A stretch of 63,002 nt of DNA, counting the filler, from Octopus bimaculoides (lineage: Eukaryota), in assembly GCF_001194135.2 (NCBI RefSeq). It is 5 parts of 4 records of this genome, joined end to end, with 100 filler letters (N's around TTAATTAATTAA, not from the genome) between each part and the next. Parts side by side here need not be neighbours in the genome. Positions count along the whole stretch, not along the records: positions 44,172 to 54,865 come from NC_068981.1; positions 54,966 to 61,712 come from NC_069005.1; 3 more parts are not named here. One strand, written 5' to 3'. A model generated the notes under the pieces. That model saw only the letters and a program-made list of their open reading frames with translations, had not been told where the DNA came from and ran no database searches. A program made the position numbers and the translations under genes. The first letter of the stretch is position 1, and each line of letters opens with the position of its first letter. Below are positions 48,170 to 61,200 of the stretch, piece after piece.

Positions 48170-48506
48170 TTGTTGTTGTTGTTTTGTAGCCGTCACTGGC
48201 TCTCCGTCGGTTACGACGACGAGTGTTCCAGTTGATCCGATCAACGGAACAGTCTGTTCGGGAAATTAACTTAGAAGTCGCCGTGTATACGTGTACCCTT
48301 AATGTAGTTCTTAGGGAGATTCAGCGTGACACGGGTGTGACGAGGCTGGGCATTTGAATTACAGGTACTACTCATTTTTGCCAGCTGAGTGAACTGGAGC
48401 AACAAGAAATAAAGTATCTTGCCCAAGGACATAACGCGCCGCCGGAAATCGAACTCACGACTTTATGATCGCGAGCCGAATATCATGGCCACCGACACAC
48501 GCGCCT
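48170..48506 (-). mobile_element. SINE family D with (CAA)n tail
   Basis: Minus-strand head GGCGCGTGT..GTGG..GAGTTCGATTTCC, CORE-like block and D tail. Confidence 0.82.
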
Positions 48507-49029
48507 TGCTGCTTGTTGTTGCTTGTAGCTGTAAGCAAGGTTTTATCAAGTAAACCTAGAGTTTGTGAGATAGTTTGTCAAACGGTTTGGCACACTCTCG
48601 TAACTCCATTTCACTAGAGATAATAGTGGCGGGGTTAAGGTGTTACCCAGTTTAACACCGCAATTTGATTCTTGGGTGTCTTTAACCGAGTCCACACTCT
48701 TTCAAGCATTTCAACCAACTATCAACTTTGATGCCAATTTCCTTCTCTTCTTCCCTGGAGGATCTGAAAGGGGCCATCTCTTCTCTAAACAGCAAAGACT
48801 TGAAAACAGCTTGCTTGTGCAAGTGCATTTAGTTAAAAAAAAAAACTCCACTCACCGGACACTTGTAGGGTTCAGGAACCATCAAGAGAGAATGTGCACG
48901 GTTTCGGGGCCTTCGTCTCGAATGCTTTACAGCACACCGGACACTCCCCTAACACACCGACACTCGGAAAATTACAATATATGCATCGATTTTTTTCTTG
49001 GTACACTACAAAGCTTTGGTAAAATCAGT

Positions 49030-49190
49030 ATGGTCGAATAGTTAAGAAGCTCGCTTTGTAACCGCGATTTCTTGGGTTCGATCTCCTGATAGCATCTTGT
49101 GCAAACGTTATTTTCAGTAACATCGGGCCAAGCCATACTCTTTGAGTGAAATCGGGGCAAACGGAAACTGTATGGAGCCCGTCGGGCAAA
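49030..49190 (+). mobile_element. SINE family A head, degenerate
   Basis: TGGTCGAATAGTTAAGAAGCTCGCTT...GGGTTCGATCTC...GGAAACTGTATGGAGCCCGTCG. Confidence 0.6.
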
Positions 49191-49899
49191 TTATACCTGC
49201 AATTCAAAAGGTACAGCTTTATTACCCGCTGTATTATGCTGATACTGTTTGAGAATTGCGTTAATGGTACACCTGCCTGCGGAATACTCAACCACTTATA
49301 TGTTAATTCAGGAGCAGGGAATTCATTGGACCAAACAGCCAAATCCTCTTCGTCGAACAACGGAGATCCAACGCTATACGACGTTAGCTTGACGTCGTGA
49401 TGACATGTCGTGTGCTTGTAAATGTTTTAAGGACATTTTTAGTATTTTTGTGTTTAAGAGTGGAAATGGGGTTAGTGGGTGATGAAATCGAAATCCCTGC
49501 AGAAATCGATGTGAAAATGATGTGAGTCCGGTTTTATTATTCCCAAAGCCGTCATTTGCGTTTCCCTGTTTATTCTTCACGATTGAAACAATGGCGAATT
49601 AGTATATTGGCCTGGATGTGTATCTTAATTATATAGGTATATGTGTGGGCTATTAACGTCAGAGATAAGTTTTTCTAAAATGTTTCAGGTTGTGCAGAAG
49701 AGGGTGACCGCTCTATAGTAACAAGGTAAAAGTCAAATAGGCCCTTCGTGTTATTCTGCGATTTAAAATTTCGAGTTACCTTTCTGAGTTTTACATTTAA
49801 ATGTAAACCGCTGGAATGTATTCTGTGCATTGAGAAGGGAGATAACAGCTATACTTCCGCTTTATGTCGTAACTGTTCCTGCAGTTATTGTTATACTTT

Positions 49900-50092
49900 G
49901 TGGCGGCGTGCTGGCAAAGTTAGCCGGGCGAAATGCTTAGCGGTATTTCATCTGTCTTTACGTTCTGAGTTCAAATTCAGCCGAGGGCGACTTTGCCTTT
50001 CATCCTTTCGAGGCGGCGAGCTGGTAGAAACGTTAGCACGCCAGGCAAAATACTTAGCAGTATTTCATCTGTCTTTACGTTCTAAGTTCATT
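49900..50092 (+). mobile_element. two tandem SINE B heads
   Basis: GGCGGCG.GCTGG.A...GTTAGC...AAATGCTTAGCGGTATTTCATCTGTCTTTACGTTCT is repeated twice. Confidence 0.8.
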
Positions 50093-50093
50093 T

Positions 50094-50374
50094 GAGCAAA
50101 TCGACCCCAGGACTTATTCTTTGTAAGCCTAATACTTATTCTATCGGTCACTTTTGCCGAACCGCTAAGTTACGGAGGCGTAAACATACGAGCATCGGTT
50201 GTCAAGCGATATTGGGGAACAAACACAAACACAAACATATACACACACATACATACATACATACATACATAAGGTATAGTAGAAGGCACTTGCCCAAGGT
50301 ACCACGCAGTGGGACTGAACCCGGAACCGTGTGGTTGGTAAGCAAGCTACTTACCACACAACCACTCCTGCGCC
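50094..50374 (-). mobile_element. SINE family A with internal deletion
   Basis: Reverse complement of the A head (GGCGCAGGAGTGG..) joined to the A 3' half. Confidence 0.8.
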
Positions 50375-51074
50375 TATGTATATATATGTATATATATATA
50401 TATATATATGGATTCACACACAAACACACACGCAAACACACACACATACACACACATACACCTACACACACACAGACACAGACACAGCCACACACATGTG
50501 CATGTCTAGGTATACGTATGAACGGATATGTGATGAAACGTGTCCCAATCCAAACCCCGCGATTTCACATAATGTTATTACCAACCCAAACTGTCAGATG
50601 TCATACGAGCGAGAGCAATGTCTGTTATTTCTAGCAGGTGCAGGCGGCCCCGTGGAGGCTGTCTCGTTGTACCATGTGACATGTGTTGATGTACGTAAAA
50701 CAGAGGAAGTGACCTGAGACAGTGACGACAAGATAATACAGAGGTCGCTGAAGCAGCAAAATCTCGGCTAATAAACGTCATAACACAGACAACCTCCACC
50801 CTTCCCTCCTTTCCCTCTACACACCTCCTCCCTTCATTCTGTGGCCACATTTCGAGGTTTTTCCTACTTTTTCTCTCCCACTCTCTGCCTCCACTCTTCT
50901 CTTCCCACTCCTCTCCATCCTCCTCCTTTCTCATTAATCTGCTCTCGACTTCCCTTCAGACGGAACACTTCCTCTCATCTGCTGCTGACGATTCACACAC
51001 GCACGCACACACACACACACACACACACACTATACACACGCACACACATACACACGCACACACATACACACGCG

Positions 51075-51119
<45 letters not shown>

Positions 51120-51431
51120 CACACACACGCGCGCACACACTCACACATGCACACACATGCACACGCACACGCACACGCACACATACACCCCACAGACATA
51201 CCCATACACTACACCCACAAACACACACATATGCACACACGCACACACCACATACACACGCACGCGTGCACACACAGTCCCCTCTCTTCTCTTTCTCTCT
51301 TCTCTCTCCCTCACTAATACATCTGCTTTGGTGGCGGTGGTGCTGGCGGGGATTATGAGGTTGATTGTGTTAGCAATGTGGTTGTCATGACGATAATGAT
51401 GCTGGTGGTGGTGGTGCTGCTGCTGCTGCTG

Positions 51432-51600
51432 CTGGTGTGTGTACGTCCCTGTAAGCCAGCGGTTCGGCAAAAGAACCGATAGAATAAGTACCAGGCTTAA
51501 AAAAAGGTATAGGGGTCGATTCGTCCGACTAAAATTCTTTAAGGCTATGCCCCAGCATGGCCGCAGTCTAATGACTGGAACAAGTAAAGGATGAAAGGTA
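51432..51600 (+). mobile_element. SINE family A 3' half
   Basis: GCGGTTCGGCAAAAGAACCGATAGAATAAGTACC...CAGCATGGCCGCAGTC. Confidence 0.78.
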
Positions 51601-51643
51601 TATGCAAGTACGGACATAAATACATATACACAGACATTGACTG

Positions 51644-51700
<57 letters not shown>

Positions 51701-51766
51701 CATACATATACAATCATACATATTGACCGATATACACACATACATCCGTTCATTTATACATACATA

Positions 51767-52899
51767 CGAGAGATGATCAATAAGTATCCGGACTATTGCC
51801 GTAGTAATGAAGCTAAAGCACGCAGAGTGAAGCTGCTCCGCAAAGATTGACTTTGAACCTTGTTGCGCATGCGCACTAAGTTTTAACGTTGAGCTCATTT
51901 CCGCTGTTTACAGCAGTGCTTGGAAGGAACGTGTGTAGCGTGTGATCGTCACATTGACCATGACAGAGAAAGTTGTCATTGTGATACCTGTTCAGAGGCC
52001 TACACAAAGTTGCAAAATGTGTATGCGAAGGAGTGTATGAGCCGCACTCATGTGTACGAGTGGTTCAGACGTTTCCAAGATGGCCGAATAAATGTCGATA
52101 TGACGAACGTTCCTGGGTGACTTGCAGCCAGCAGAACTGAGAAAACCATCGCAGATGTGCGTGTAGGTGTGAGGGGAAATCGTCGAATCACCATCAGTGA
52201 GTTATCAGAGGATGTGCAGAAGATGTGCAGAACGTGGCGGCGAGCTGGCAGAAACATTAGCACACCGGGCGAAATGCTTAGCGGTATTTCGTTTGCCGTT
52301 ACGTTCTGAGTTCAAATTCCGCCGAGGTCGACTTTGCCTTTCATCCTTTCGGGGTCGATAAATTAAGTACCAGTTACGCAATGGGTCGATGTAATCAACT
52401 TAATCCCTTTGTCTGTCCTCGTTTGTCCCCTCTGTGTTTAGCCCCTTGTGGGCAATAAAGAAATAAGATGTGCAGATTAGTTACGGTTCAGTTCAGTCCA
52501 TTATCACTGAAGATTTCGGTATGAGACGGGTGTCTACCAAGTTTGTGCCAAAACTGCTTTCAGCTGACCAAAAAAACATCGGGTTTCAGTTGCAAAAAAC
52601 TCCTTGATTGTGTCGAGAACGATGAAAACTTTGCGTGGGCCTCTGAGCAGATACCGCCAAGCTTTTGGCAAAATTTGATGCAGATTCTCTGCTCAACTTT
52701 CTCTGTCATGGTCAATGCGACGACCACACGCTACACACGTTACTTCTAAGCACTGCTGTAAGCAGCGGAAGTTAACTAGAACGTTAAAACTTTGTGCGCA
52801 TGCTCAACAGAGTTCAAGATCTGTATCAAGCGGCTGTACTCTGCATACTTTAGCTTCGTTACTATGGCAACAGTCCGGATACTTATTGACCAGACCGCG
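51767..52899 (+). mobile_element. mariner-family element, internally deleted, with ~210-bp inverted repeats and TA TSD
   Basis: IRs at 51767-51975 and 52694-52899; TA at 51765-66 and 52900-01. Transposase N-terminus ..VYEWFRRFQDGR...NRRITI.EL...IS.GSV.SI.....GMRRV..KFVPK.L is present; the catalytic domain is absent. Confidence 0.92.
52232..52464 (+). mobile_element. SINE family B inserted in the mariner
   Basis: 12-bp TSD AAGATGTGCAGA (52220-52231 / 52465-52476); the mariner reading frame resumes after it. Confidence 0.92.
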
Positions 52900-53104
52900 T
52901 AAAGTCGCTCAGATTGACTGACAGACATAAACAAGCATACATCCACACAGTCAGACTGACAAACATATAAACAGACTAATAGCCTCCTGCCATTGTTGAC
53001 TGTAAGTGATATTGACAAATGTTTGAACATAAAACATTCCCAAACAGACTACAACATTAGACAGGCAAACAACAAGACGACCACGTTGCTAGAAATGGCA
53101 GCCC

Positions 53105-53255
53105 TTCTCTTCCGACAAACCGATAAGAAAGACAAGGCTGTCTACGGTCAAATTTGAACCCAGAACACAAGGAATTGTAAACTAAACACTGCAAGGTATT
53201 TTTCGTTGATGTTTGCTTTACCGATCCTACCATCTCGCCGTTTACTGCACATTTA
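53105..53255 (-). mobile_element. SINE family B, degenerate
   Basis: CCGATAAGAAAGACAAGGCTGTCTACGGTCAAATTTGAACCCAGAAC resembles the reverse complement of the B head. Confidence 0.5.
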
Positions 53256-53428
53256 ACAACACCAACCAAAAGCAACGAGTTTAATAAGGACGTCGATAAC
53301 GAGAGGTGATTAGTTATAAGAATATGAACAGACACACCAATAAACACCACTTGTCAAGCGGTGATGGAGGACAATCACAGACACAAATACACAAAGACTC
53401 ACCCCCACCCAAACACACACACAAATAT

Positions 53429-53509
<81 letters not shown>

Positions 53510-54647
53510 CNNNNNNNNNNNNNNNNNNNNNNNNNNNNNNNNNNNNNNNNNNNNNNNNNNNNNNNNNNNNNNNNNNNNNNNNNNNNNNNNNNNNNNNNNN
53601 NNNNNNNNNNNNNNNNNNNNNNNNNNNNNNNNNNNNNNNNNNNNNNNNNNNNNNNNNNNNNNNNNNNNNNNNNNNNNNNNNNNNNNNNNNNNNNNNNNNN
53701 NNNNNNNNNNNNNNNNNNNNNNNNNNNNNNNNNNNNNNNNNNNNNNNNNNNNNNNNNNNNNNNNNNNNNNNNNNNNNNNNNNNNNNNNNNNNNNNNNNNN
53801 NNNNNNNNNNNNNNNNNNNNNNNNNNNNNNNNNNNNNNNNNNNNTATATATATATATATATATATGAATGCGTTGAATATCTAGGAGGGAAAGCGCAAAG
53901 AAAACTTGAGTAGTAAAATGCGAGAACCGAAAATTGCAAAGAAAAAAGTAACAAAAGAAATAAAATCAAAAGCGAAATCATAAATAAAAACCAGACAAAT
54001 GTACGACCACCATGGAGCATGTCGTTCGTTTATTTATAAACATTTGAAGATGAAGAGATATATTTTAGTAGAGTTAGGGTGAATGTTGATCAAATATTTT
54101 CCTGGTTCCTCTCTGAATTCAATACAGCAGAAAGTTCTAATTCCACCATTTTTCTACTTCCTACTTTATTTCTTTTTCTTCTTCTTCTGCTTCAACTTCC
54201 CGCCTTGTCTTGTTTTCTTTTCCTTTCTTCTCTTACAGTAGCCATGTTTATACAAATTTTATACGATCTTTTTGCAAATGTAGTCTTAATTGTGCTACTC
54301 GTTTATTTCAGGAATAAACTACATGAAACAAAACAGAAAAGGCTACATTTGATTCTCTCACCAAACCTGTAAACTGTAATGTAATCTTTTCCCTATCTTT
54401 TTATATTTTATCATTTATTTATTTGACTTCGTTCTCCATTCAACATTTATTTCTGTAGACGTTTTGGGTTCCCATTATGGATTTATGTTGTTCTCTCTTG
54501 TGGATAGAGCTGTAAAATAGTTTTAGGGACCCAGTTTAAATATAGACTCTTCCGTTGAATGTAATTTCTTCATGGGGTCTGTGTGACTTGTTATGTAATT
54601 TTATTGGTTAACTAACTAAAAAAAAACAATATACTTTCTATATTGAC

Positions 54648-54708
<61 letters not shown>

Positions 54709-55724
54709 AACTCTGTGTGTGTGTGTGTGTGTGTCTGTGTTTGTGTGTGTGTGTGCGTGCGCGTGTGACGAAGAGAAAGTGTTACTGCTCTGAAACTGAA
54801 CATTGCGTACACTCTCTCTTTTTTTTCTCTCCCCCGGGATTGTGACCCTAAAATTAGTTTACATGNNNNNNNNNNNNNNNNNNNNNNNNNNNNNNNNNNN
54901 NNNNNNNNNTTAATTAATTAANNNNNNNNNNNNNNNNNNNNNNNNNNNNNNNNNNNNNNNNNNNNAGATACTTACACTCTGACGGGTATTCACATTGACA
55001 TTACACATCCAACGGAGCATACTGGCTTCATTCCTTGCGAGCTTACGTATGTCCTCAGCAGTTACAGGAAAATGAAAAAAAGCCAGAATGCTAAACTGGA
55101 AGCATATTTTAATAAAGATTTCTTCTAACCGGTTTTCATTGCGAAAAGCAAATTATCAAGAAGGAGAATGAAAATGTTTTTTTACAAAGAAGTACAAAAT
55201 GAAGAAAATAATATATAAAACAATAATATATAAAAAAATAAATATACCCATACATTATATTGTCTTTGAGCTTTTGTAGTTCAATAGTAGTTCATGTATA
55301 AACTGGTAGGAAAAATAAGGATGCATGAGAGTTGAGAGTTTTGTTAGGTTTAAAAAAAGATAGATAGCATAATACAGTTATAGAGACTTCATTACAAGAC
55401 TTCAAGATTGTTTGTCAATGATCACTGCCCTAATTCAGCTATCGCAAGTTGAAGAAATCATCATATCAATCATCATACCAGTGACTCAGAATCTTGAAGT
55501 ATTGCGTGTAAGCCTCTAGCCCTCTATTTCCAATGATATTGAGGTCTGCCTATTTTATACTTACATCTCATTTGTATATACTGTAAATGTATTATTATCA
55601 TTTTAACTGTCGTTTCCGCATAGCCCAAAGCCTTTATTCTGTTTATTGTTTTGTCCCTTGTCCGCTTACTAACGGTCTTGTTTTGCTCTGTTTTGGTCCC
55701 ATTCCCAGCAAGTTTCTTGCTGGT

Positions 55725-55778
55725 GCCTTGTGAGTGGATTTGGTAGACGGAAACTGAAAGAAGCCCGTCGTATATATG

Positions 55779-55809
<31 letters not shown>

Positions 55810-56011
55810 TTGTGTCTGTCTCCCAACATCGCTTGACAACCGATGCTGGTGTGTTTACGTCCCTGTAACTTAGCGGTTCGGCAAAAGAGATCGATAGAAT
55901 AAGTACTAGGCTTCCAAAGAATAAGTCCTGGGGTCGATTTGCTCGACTAAAAGGCGGTGCTCCAGCATGGCTGCAGTCAAATGACTGAAAGAAGTAAAAG
56001 AGAGTAAAGAG
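55725..56011 (+). mobile_element. SINE family A, 5'-truncated, young-looking
   Basis: Nearly identical to 5770-6075. Confidence 0.9.
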
Positions 56012-56639
56012 TATATATATATATACATACATACATACATACAGGCATACCTTGGCTTAAGTAATTTTGATTTAAGTTGTTCTCTATTATATGTCGGTTT
56101 TCAAAAATAATATATGGAAAATAAAAATCAAGTGAAGTCATTTTACTCGATTTTACATCTACCTGCCACAAATATTGGAATTGTAAAATCACTAGAAAAC
56201 CATTAAAAGCATTTAAAATCATGTTACTATACAATAATTTGGAATAGAAACATATAAAATCATATTAAAATATGTACAGTAAATGTTAAGATACACACCA
56301 TAAAGTAGGGTAGCTTTGTGAATGAAATCATGAGATCAGCTGTGTGTCTTGTTTAATGGTCTTTCAGAGCTCATATTGTAGTTTAGTTCCAATATCTACC
56401 CACTTGTGATATGGAAAGATGGCTCATCTGGAAAAGCAGCTTAGACCCTGCTACATGTCTAAATTCAAGAACTGAACTTTTTGGATCATGTCCACATGTG
56501 GCTAAATATTTGTTACGTTTTTGGTCCCCCACAAGATCACAGATAGAACTTGCTTTTTATATTGTGTCTACGTACAAGCTTTTTATCTCTCTCTCTATTT
56601 TTTTATATATATTTCTCATATTTTTCACATATTTTTAGA

Positions 56640-57200
56640 GATATATTTTTATATTTTTATTGCTTTATATATTTTTACATATTTTTTCTGTATTTTATCT
56701 TTCACTCTGCTTTTTTCTTGTGCATGTGTGTCTTTGAACTTTGTGTGTGTGTGTGTGTGGAGGGGTATGTATATATGTGCATGTATATGTACATGTGTAT
56801 GGTTGCATATATTATGTGGGTGTACATGTGAATGTTCCACGCGAGTGTGAGTGAGCATATAGCATGTACGTATTTTAAACGTGCATCTGAATATAACTGT
56901 GCGCGTATGGGTACATACCCATACACACGGGTGTGTGTGTGCGTGTGCGTCGATATACATTTGTGTACTTATGCATGTTTGAGTGTGTGTGCAAATGTGC
57001 ACGTGTATGTGCGTGTGCGCATGTGTGTGGATATGTATACGTGTACATGCATGGTTGCATATATATATGTGCATTTTTTTGGCATATGTGTGCATGTGTG
57101 TGTTTCATGCAAGTATGAGTGAGCATATGCATACAGGCACATGTACATGGGTGTGTGGGTGCACATGTGTATGTATGTACATGCACGCGTACACGATTGC
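56640..57200. repeat. degenerate alternating purine-pyrimidine (TG/TA/CA) tract
   Basis: Direct reading. Confidence 0.85.
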
Positions 57201-57485
57201 TATGAGCATTTTTACTCCTTTACTTTTTACTTCCTCCCCTTCGGTTTTTTCCCCTTATTTAACGGTCATTCTAATAGCTCTTTTGTCTTAATAACGGTCA
57301 ATCACACAGTAATTTCCCTTTGTTTAACGCTCATGAAGGAGCTTGTCTCCCTTGTCAGTCATAAGATAAGTGCTTTATTGTGGTTAGGAGTTATTTTGAC
57401 TCTTATTTCTAGCAATGCTGGTGCTAACTACTACCCTTAGTCACTTTCGGTTGTAAATTGTGAACAAGCCACCTTTATCATTTGT

Positions 57486-57570
57486 GTATCATCATCATCA
57501 TCATTATCATTTAACATCCGCTTTCCATGCTGGCATGGGTTGGACGGTTAGACTGAGGGCTGGGTGTAGG
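57486..57570 (-). mobile_element. retroposon 3' tail with (GAT)n end (RTE-like); second copy at ~61250-61380
   Basis: Minus strand reads CCAACCCATGCCAGCATGGAAAGCGGATGTTAAATGATAATGATGATG; the same block recurs near 61.3 kb. Confidence 0.6.
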
Positions 57571-57619
57571 GGACTTACATAGGTACAAGGACACACTCAC
57601 ACTTATGCACAAATACACA

Positions 57620-57760
57620 CTACGGGCTTCCACACATTATCCATTTACCAAATTCGTGTACAAGCCTGGGGCTATAATAGAAGACACTTTCCCAAGGTGC
57701 TATGCAGAAGGATTGAATCTGAAACCACATGGTTGCAAAAGAGCTTCTTAATCACATGAC
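57620..57760 (-). mobile_element. SINE family A head, degenerate
   Basis: TACGGGCTTCC...CCATTTACCAAATTC...GCTATAATAGAAGACAC..CCCAAGGTGC. Confidence 0.65.
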
Positions 57761-58223
57761 CATATGTTCTTGTTTATTCAATGTTTGTTCAATTGTTCAT
57801 GCACATTCACATTTGTTCCTTTGTTTTGTGTTCCATCTCGGTTGTTTTGACTGGTTTTGAATAATGCCTAATATCCAAATCCAGGGCATAATTTACATCA
57901 TGTGTTCTTTCTGTAAGCCTAATTTTTTTCTTTATTAAAAAAATGACAAAAACAAAACAAAACTCCAACACTGAAACTACATCAACATGTTTGTAAAAAT
58001 TAAATAATTTCTGTTGATGTATGTTAATTTATTTAATAGTATCAATGTCACTAGGAGCCATATAATTTGCTTGAGGGTGTAAGGTTTCAGGAAAGTCAAA
58101 AAGACATTTCAGTAAAAATTAACAGTTGAAATTTCTGTCTGTTCGCTTGTAGTTTGCCTTCTTTCAGCACCAGCCTGTCTGAGACTGCTCCTGTTTTCTT
58201 CTTTTCTTTTTTTCTTTGACAGT

Positions 58224-58841
58224 CTATTCTTTTGTTAGCATATTTCTCTTGAAATATACTACCTTTGTTTCAATTAAATGTGAAAATACCGAAGAATTGA
58301 ATAAAATAACATTGTCAGTATTAAGCTGGTGTTTGGAAAATAATTTTGTTTGAAATAAACCCTTTAGCATTTAAACTGGCCATAGCCAGCTCAAATAATC
58401 TGTTTTATGTTCAAACTGTCAAGATCTGGCCTCTTACACCTACACTACAATGTCATTGTAAAAATACACAATTACATCATCGAAATCTCAAAGCTACAAG
58501 ATAATGCACAATTAATTCAAAGCAATATCAATGAAGAATTATTAAATTTGACAGTAATCTGAATGCTAAAGGTTTAAATTTAGATCATTTTTAAACAGAA
58601 AGTTTGTATCAAAGAACCAGGTTGGTCTCAGTGAGGTTGGTTTCAAAAGGATTAACTTTTGTAACCATATTTCTTTTGAAATACACTGCTTCGTTTCAGT
58701 CAAATTAAAAAATTATGAAGATTGGTGTTTGGAACAGACATGAAGTTTTGATGGAGATTTTTAGTGTCGATCACTTTAAAACAGAAAGTTTGTATCATAG
58801 AACCAGACACCATCTAATGTGGATTGGTATTGAAAGGTTAA
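58224..58841. mobile_element. two tandem TTAA-bounded MITE-like units (58224-58655, 58652-58841), the first carrying a nested MITE
   Basis: Both units share CATATTTC..TTGAAATA.ACT, TGGTGTTTGGAA, AAACAGAAAGTTTGTATCA.AGAACCAG and TTGGT.T.AAAGG.TTAA; the junction TTAA is shared. Confidence 0.6.
58360..58573. mobile_element. piggyBac-like MITE (214 bp)
   Basis: TIR CCCTTTAGCATT / AATGCTAAAGGT flanked by TAAA / TTAA. A truncated second copy starts at 61386 (TTAA-GCCTTTAGCATTTAAACTGGCCATA). Confidence 0.75.
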
Positions 58842-58959
58842 AGGATTTGTGATTAAAGTAAAACTTTCCATCAAGATTTTACCTAAGAACCTTTGTGCAG
58901 TCAAGAAGTTTGCTTCCCAACCACATAGTTTGAGGTTCAGTCCCAGCCATAAAAACTGA

Positions 58960-59255
58960 CACTCCATTGGTTTTGATGATGAGTGTTCCAGTTGATCTGA
59001 TCAATGAAGCAGCTCGTTTGTGAAATTCATGTGCAAGTGGCTGAGCACTCCAAAGACACGCGTTTCTCAGGGAGATTCAGCATGATACAATGTGGTACGG
59101 TTGACCCTTTGAAATGCAGGTATAACTCACTTTTGCCAGCTGAGAAGGTTGGAACAACATGAAATAAAGTGTCTTGCTCAAGGACACAAAGTGTGACTGG
59201 GAATTGAACTCATGACTGTGAGCCAAATATCCCAAATCACGTAGCCAGGTGCCTT
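58960..59255 (-). mobile_element. SINE family D, older copy
   Basis: Colinear with 48198-48506. Confidence 0.75.
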
Positions 59256-59344
59256 CACCACTGCAGCTATCATAGTTTGTATAAGCCTTTGTTATGAAGT
59301 TCAAATTATTTTATTTTTACCAGCAAAATAACAAGGAGGTATAA

Positions 59345-59530
59345 CTGTGTGGTTAAGAACCACTTGGGTTTAGGTTCAATCCCACTGCCTAGCACTTTGC
59401 AAATGTCTTCTACTACGGTCCTGGTCATAGTGTGTTTATCTCTGACACTGCTTGACGACTGGTGTTGGTTTGTTTATGTCCCCATAATTTACTGGGTAGG
59501 CAGAAAAGACCAACAGAATAAGTTGCATAA
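59345..59530 (+). mobile_element. SINE family A, degenerate with deletion
   Basis: TGTGTGGTTAAGAA...GGTTCAATCCCACTG...GCTTGACGACTGGTGTTGGTTTGTTTATGTCCC. Confidence 0.6.
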
Positions 59531-59836
59531 AGAATTTTTTTTGTTTGTTTTAGAAAACTACTTGGATATATGAAGTTCAGTAGCTGTGAGGTCAAAGTAC
59601 TGTTGTACAAATTATGTGGTCAAGAGTTCAGGTCTTACTTATGAACGTGGTACTGCATCACCCCACTCCCCAGCAGAGCATCTACCTCGTGTTTGCTTGA
59701 CAAGGAACAAACTTTTACTCCTTATATATATCAGTTGAATTGTAAGCAAACTGTTCAACATCCAGCTGTAAAAATAGTTTTCCCCAACAAATAAACAGTC
59801 CCACCCATGTAAGCATAGATTATTAGATGTAAACAG

Positions 59837-59881
<45 letters not shown>

Positions 59882-60159
59882 AAAATACATACATTCACAC
59901 ACAAACCCATTGATACCGAGTACATGTCATGTACTGATGACTTATAGGTTACAAATGAAAAATGAAATGACTTATAGGAAAACAGAATGCTGTAGAAATG
60001 TATGTTTACACATAGTTGTATAGTAATGTAATTTCCTTCAGATATTGGCTGCTGTAAAAGATATTTGTGTCAGATAAATTTAAATATATTAACTATAAAG
60101 TCAGATATAATTGTAAACTGTAACAAAAGTACCAAATACTGATTGTAATATATTGACAT

Positions 60160-60618
60160 AATAAGGTGGTGAGCCGGCAGGATTGTTGTTAGCATGCTGG
60201 GCAAAATGCTTTGCGGCATCTTGTCCATCTTTTCATTTAAAATCATTCTACCAAGGTCTGTTTTGCTTGTTGTCCTTTTTGGGTCGATAAAATAAGTACC
60301 AGTTGAGTAATGAGGTTGGTGTAATCGACTTAACCCTTCCATAAAATTTCTGGCCTTGTGTCAAAATTTGATATCAATGTATTGATATAATAAGGTGGTG
60401 AGCTGGTGGGATCGTTAGCTTGCTGGACAAAATGCTTAACAAATATTTTGGCCATTTTTACATGTGAGTTCAAATTCCGCCAAGGTCGACTTTGCCTTTT
60501 GTCCTTTTGGGATTGATAAAATAAAGTACCAGTTGAGTACTGAGGTGGATGTAATTAACTTACTCCCTTCCTGAAATTGCTGGTCAAAATTTGTGCCAAA
60601 ATTTGAAACCAATATATT
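60160..60618 (+). mobile_element. two tandem SINE B copies (60160-60378, 60388-60618)
   Basis: Each begins TTGA.AT.A..TAAGGTGGTGAGC and ends GTG.CAAAATTTGA.A.CAAT.TATTGA.AT. Confidence 0.82.
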
Positions 60619-60989
60619 GACATAATGGTTAGTAGGGCAAAAGACATTCAAAATATGAATATGATAGTTAGTAATTATGTGTGTGTGTGTATCTATCTAT
60701 CTATCTATCTATCTATACACACACACACACACACACACACATATTGTGTGTGGTGATGACCACTTCTTTTCAGAAGAGGGCTATCTCTTCAAATTGTAAA
60801 TGCTATCTTAAGATATCATATGACTAGCAAGTCTGGCTTTGGACAAGCAGGCCCTACTACAGATATTACAAAATTGTTTAGGATTGAAGTCAAGTCCTGT
60901 TTATGAAGTGCTTGTCTCAAGATGGAGTGTGTGATTCTCTGTGTTTCAAATACTTTATAACCATCTGAAGATCACCTCTTTCCAAACCA

Positions 60990-61200
60990 ATCAATTTGCC
61001 ATCATCTGCTCCTAGTCTTCAACATCACACTAAGAACCTTAAGGTTGTTTTTGACAGTATCCCTAAATAACCGCAGGTGAAGGTCACCTGTTGCTGCTAT
61101 TTTTCTTTATTCTTAACATCTGTAAGAGATACTTGCTCAAGATGAATGCCACAATTTAAAAGGCTTTCAATGGTATGCACACTCTAAGCATGTACACAAA
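60990..61200 (+). pseudogene. possible L2-like LINE RT C-terminal remnant
   Basis: KNL.VVFDS followed by TC.CY..L.NI.K....L.QD across frameshifts; highly decayed. Confidence 0.3.

Noticed and set aside
48750-48830. LEDLKGAISSLNSKDLKTAC, resembling a Tc1/mariner C-terminal helix
   Set aside because: Too short, with no upstream catalytic motifs or TIR.
50575-50790. Unique GC-richer block with E-boxes and an ETS-like GAGGAAGTG, and a possible acceptor TTTCTAG
   Set aside because: Short motifs are expected by chance and no frame gives a recognisable peptide.
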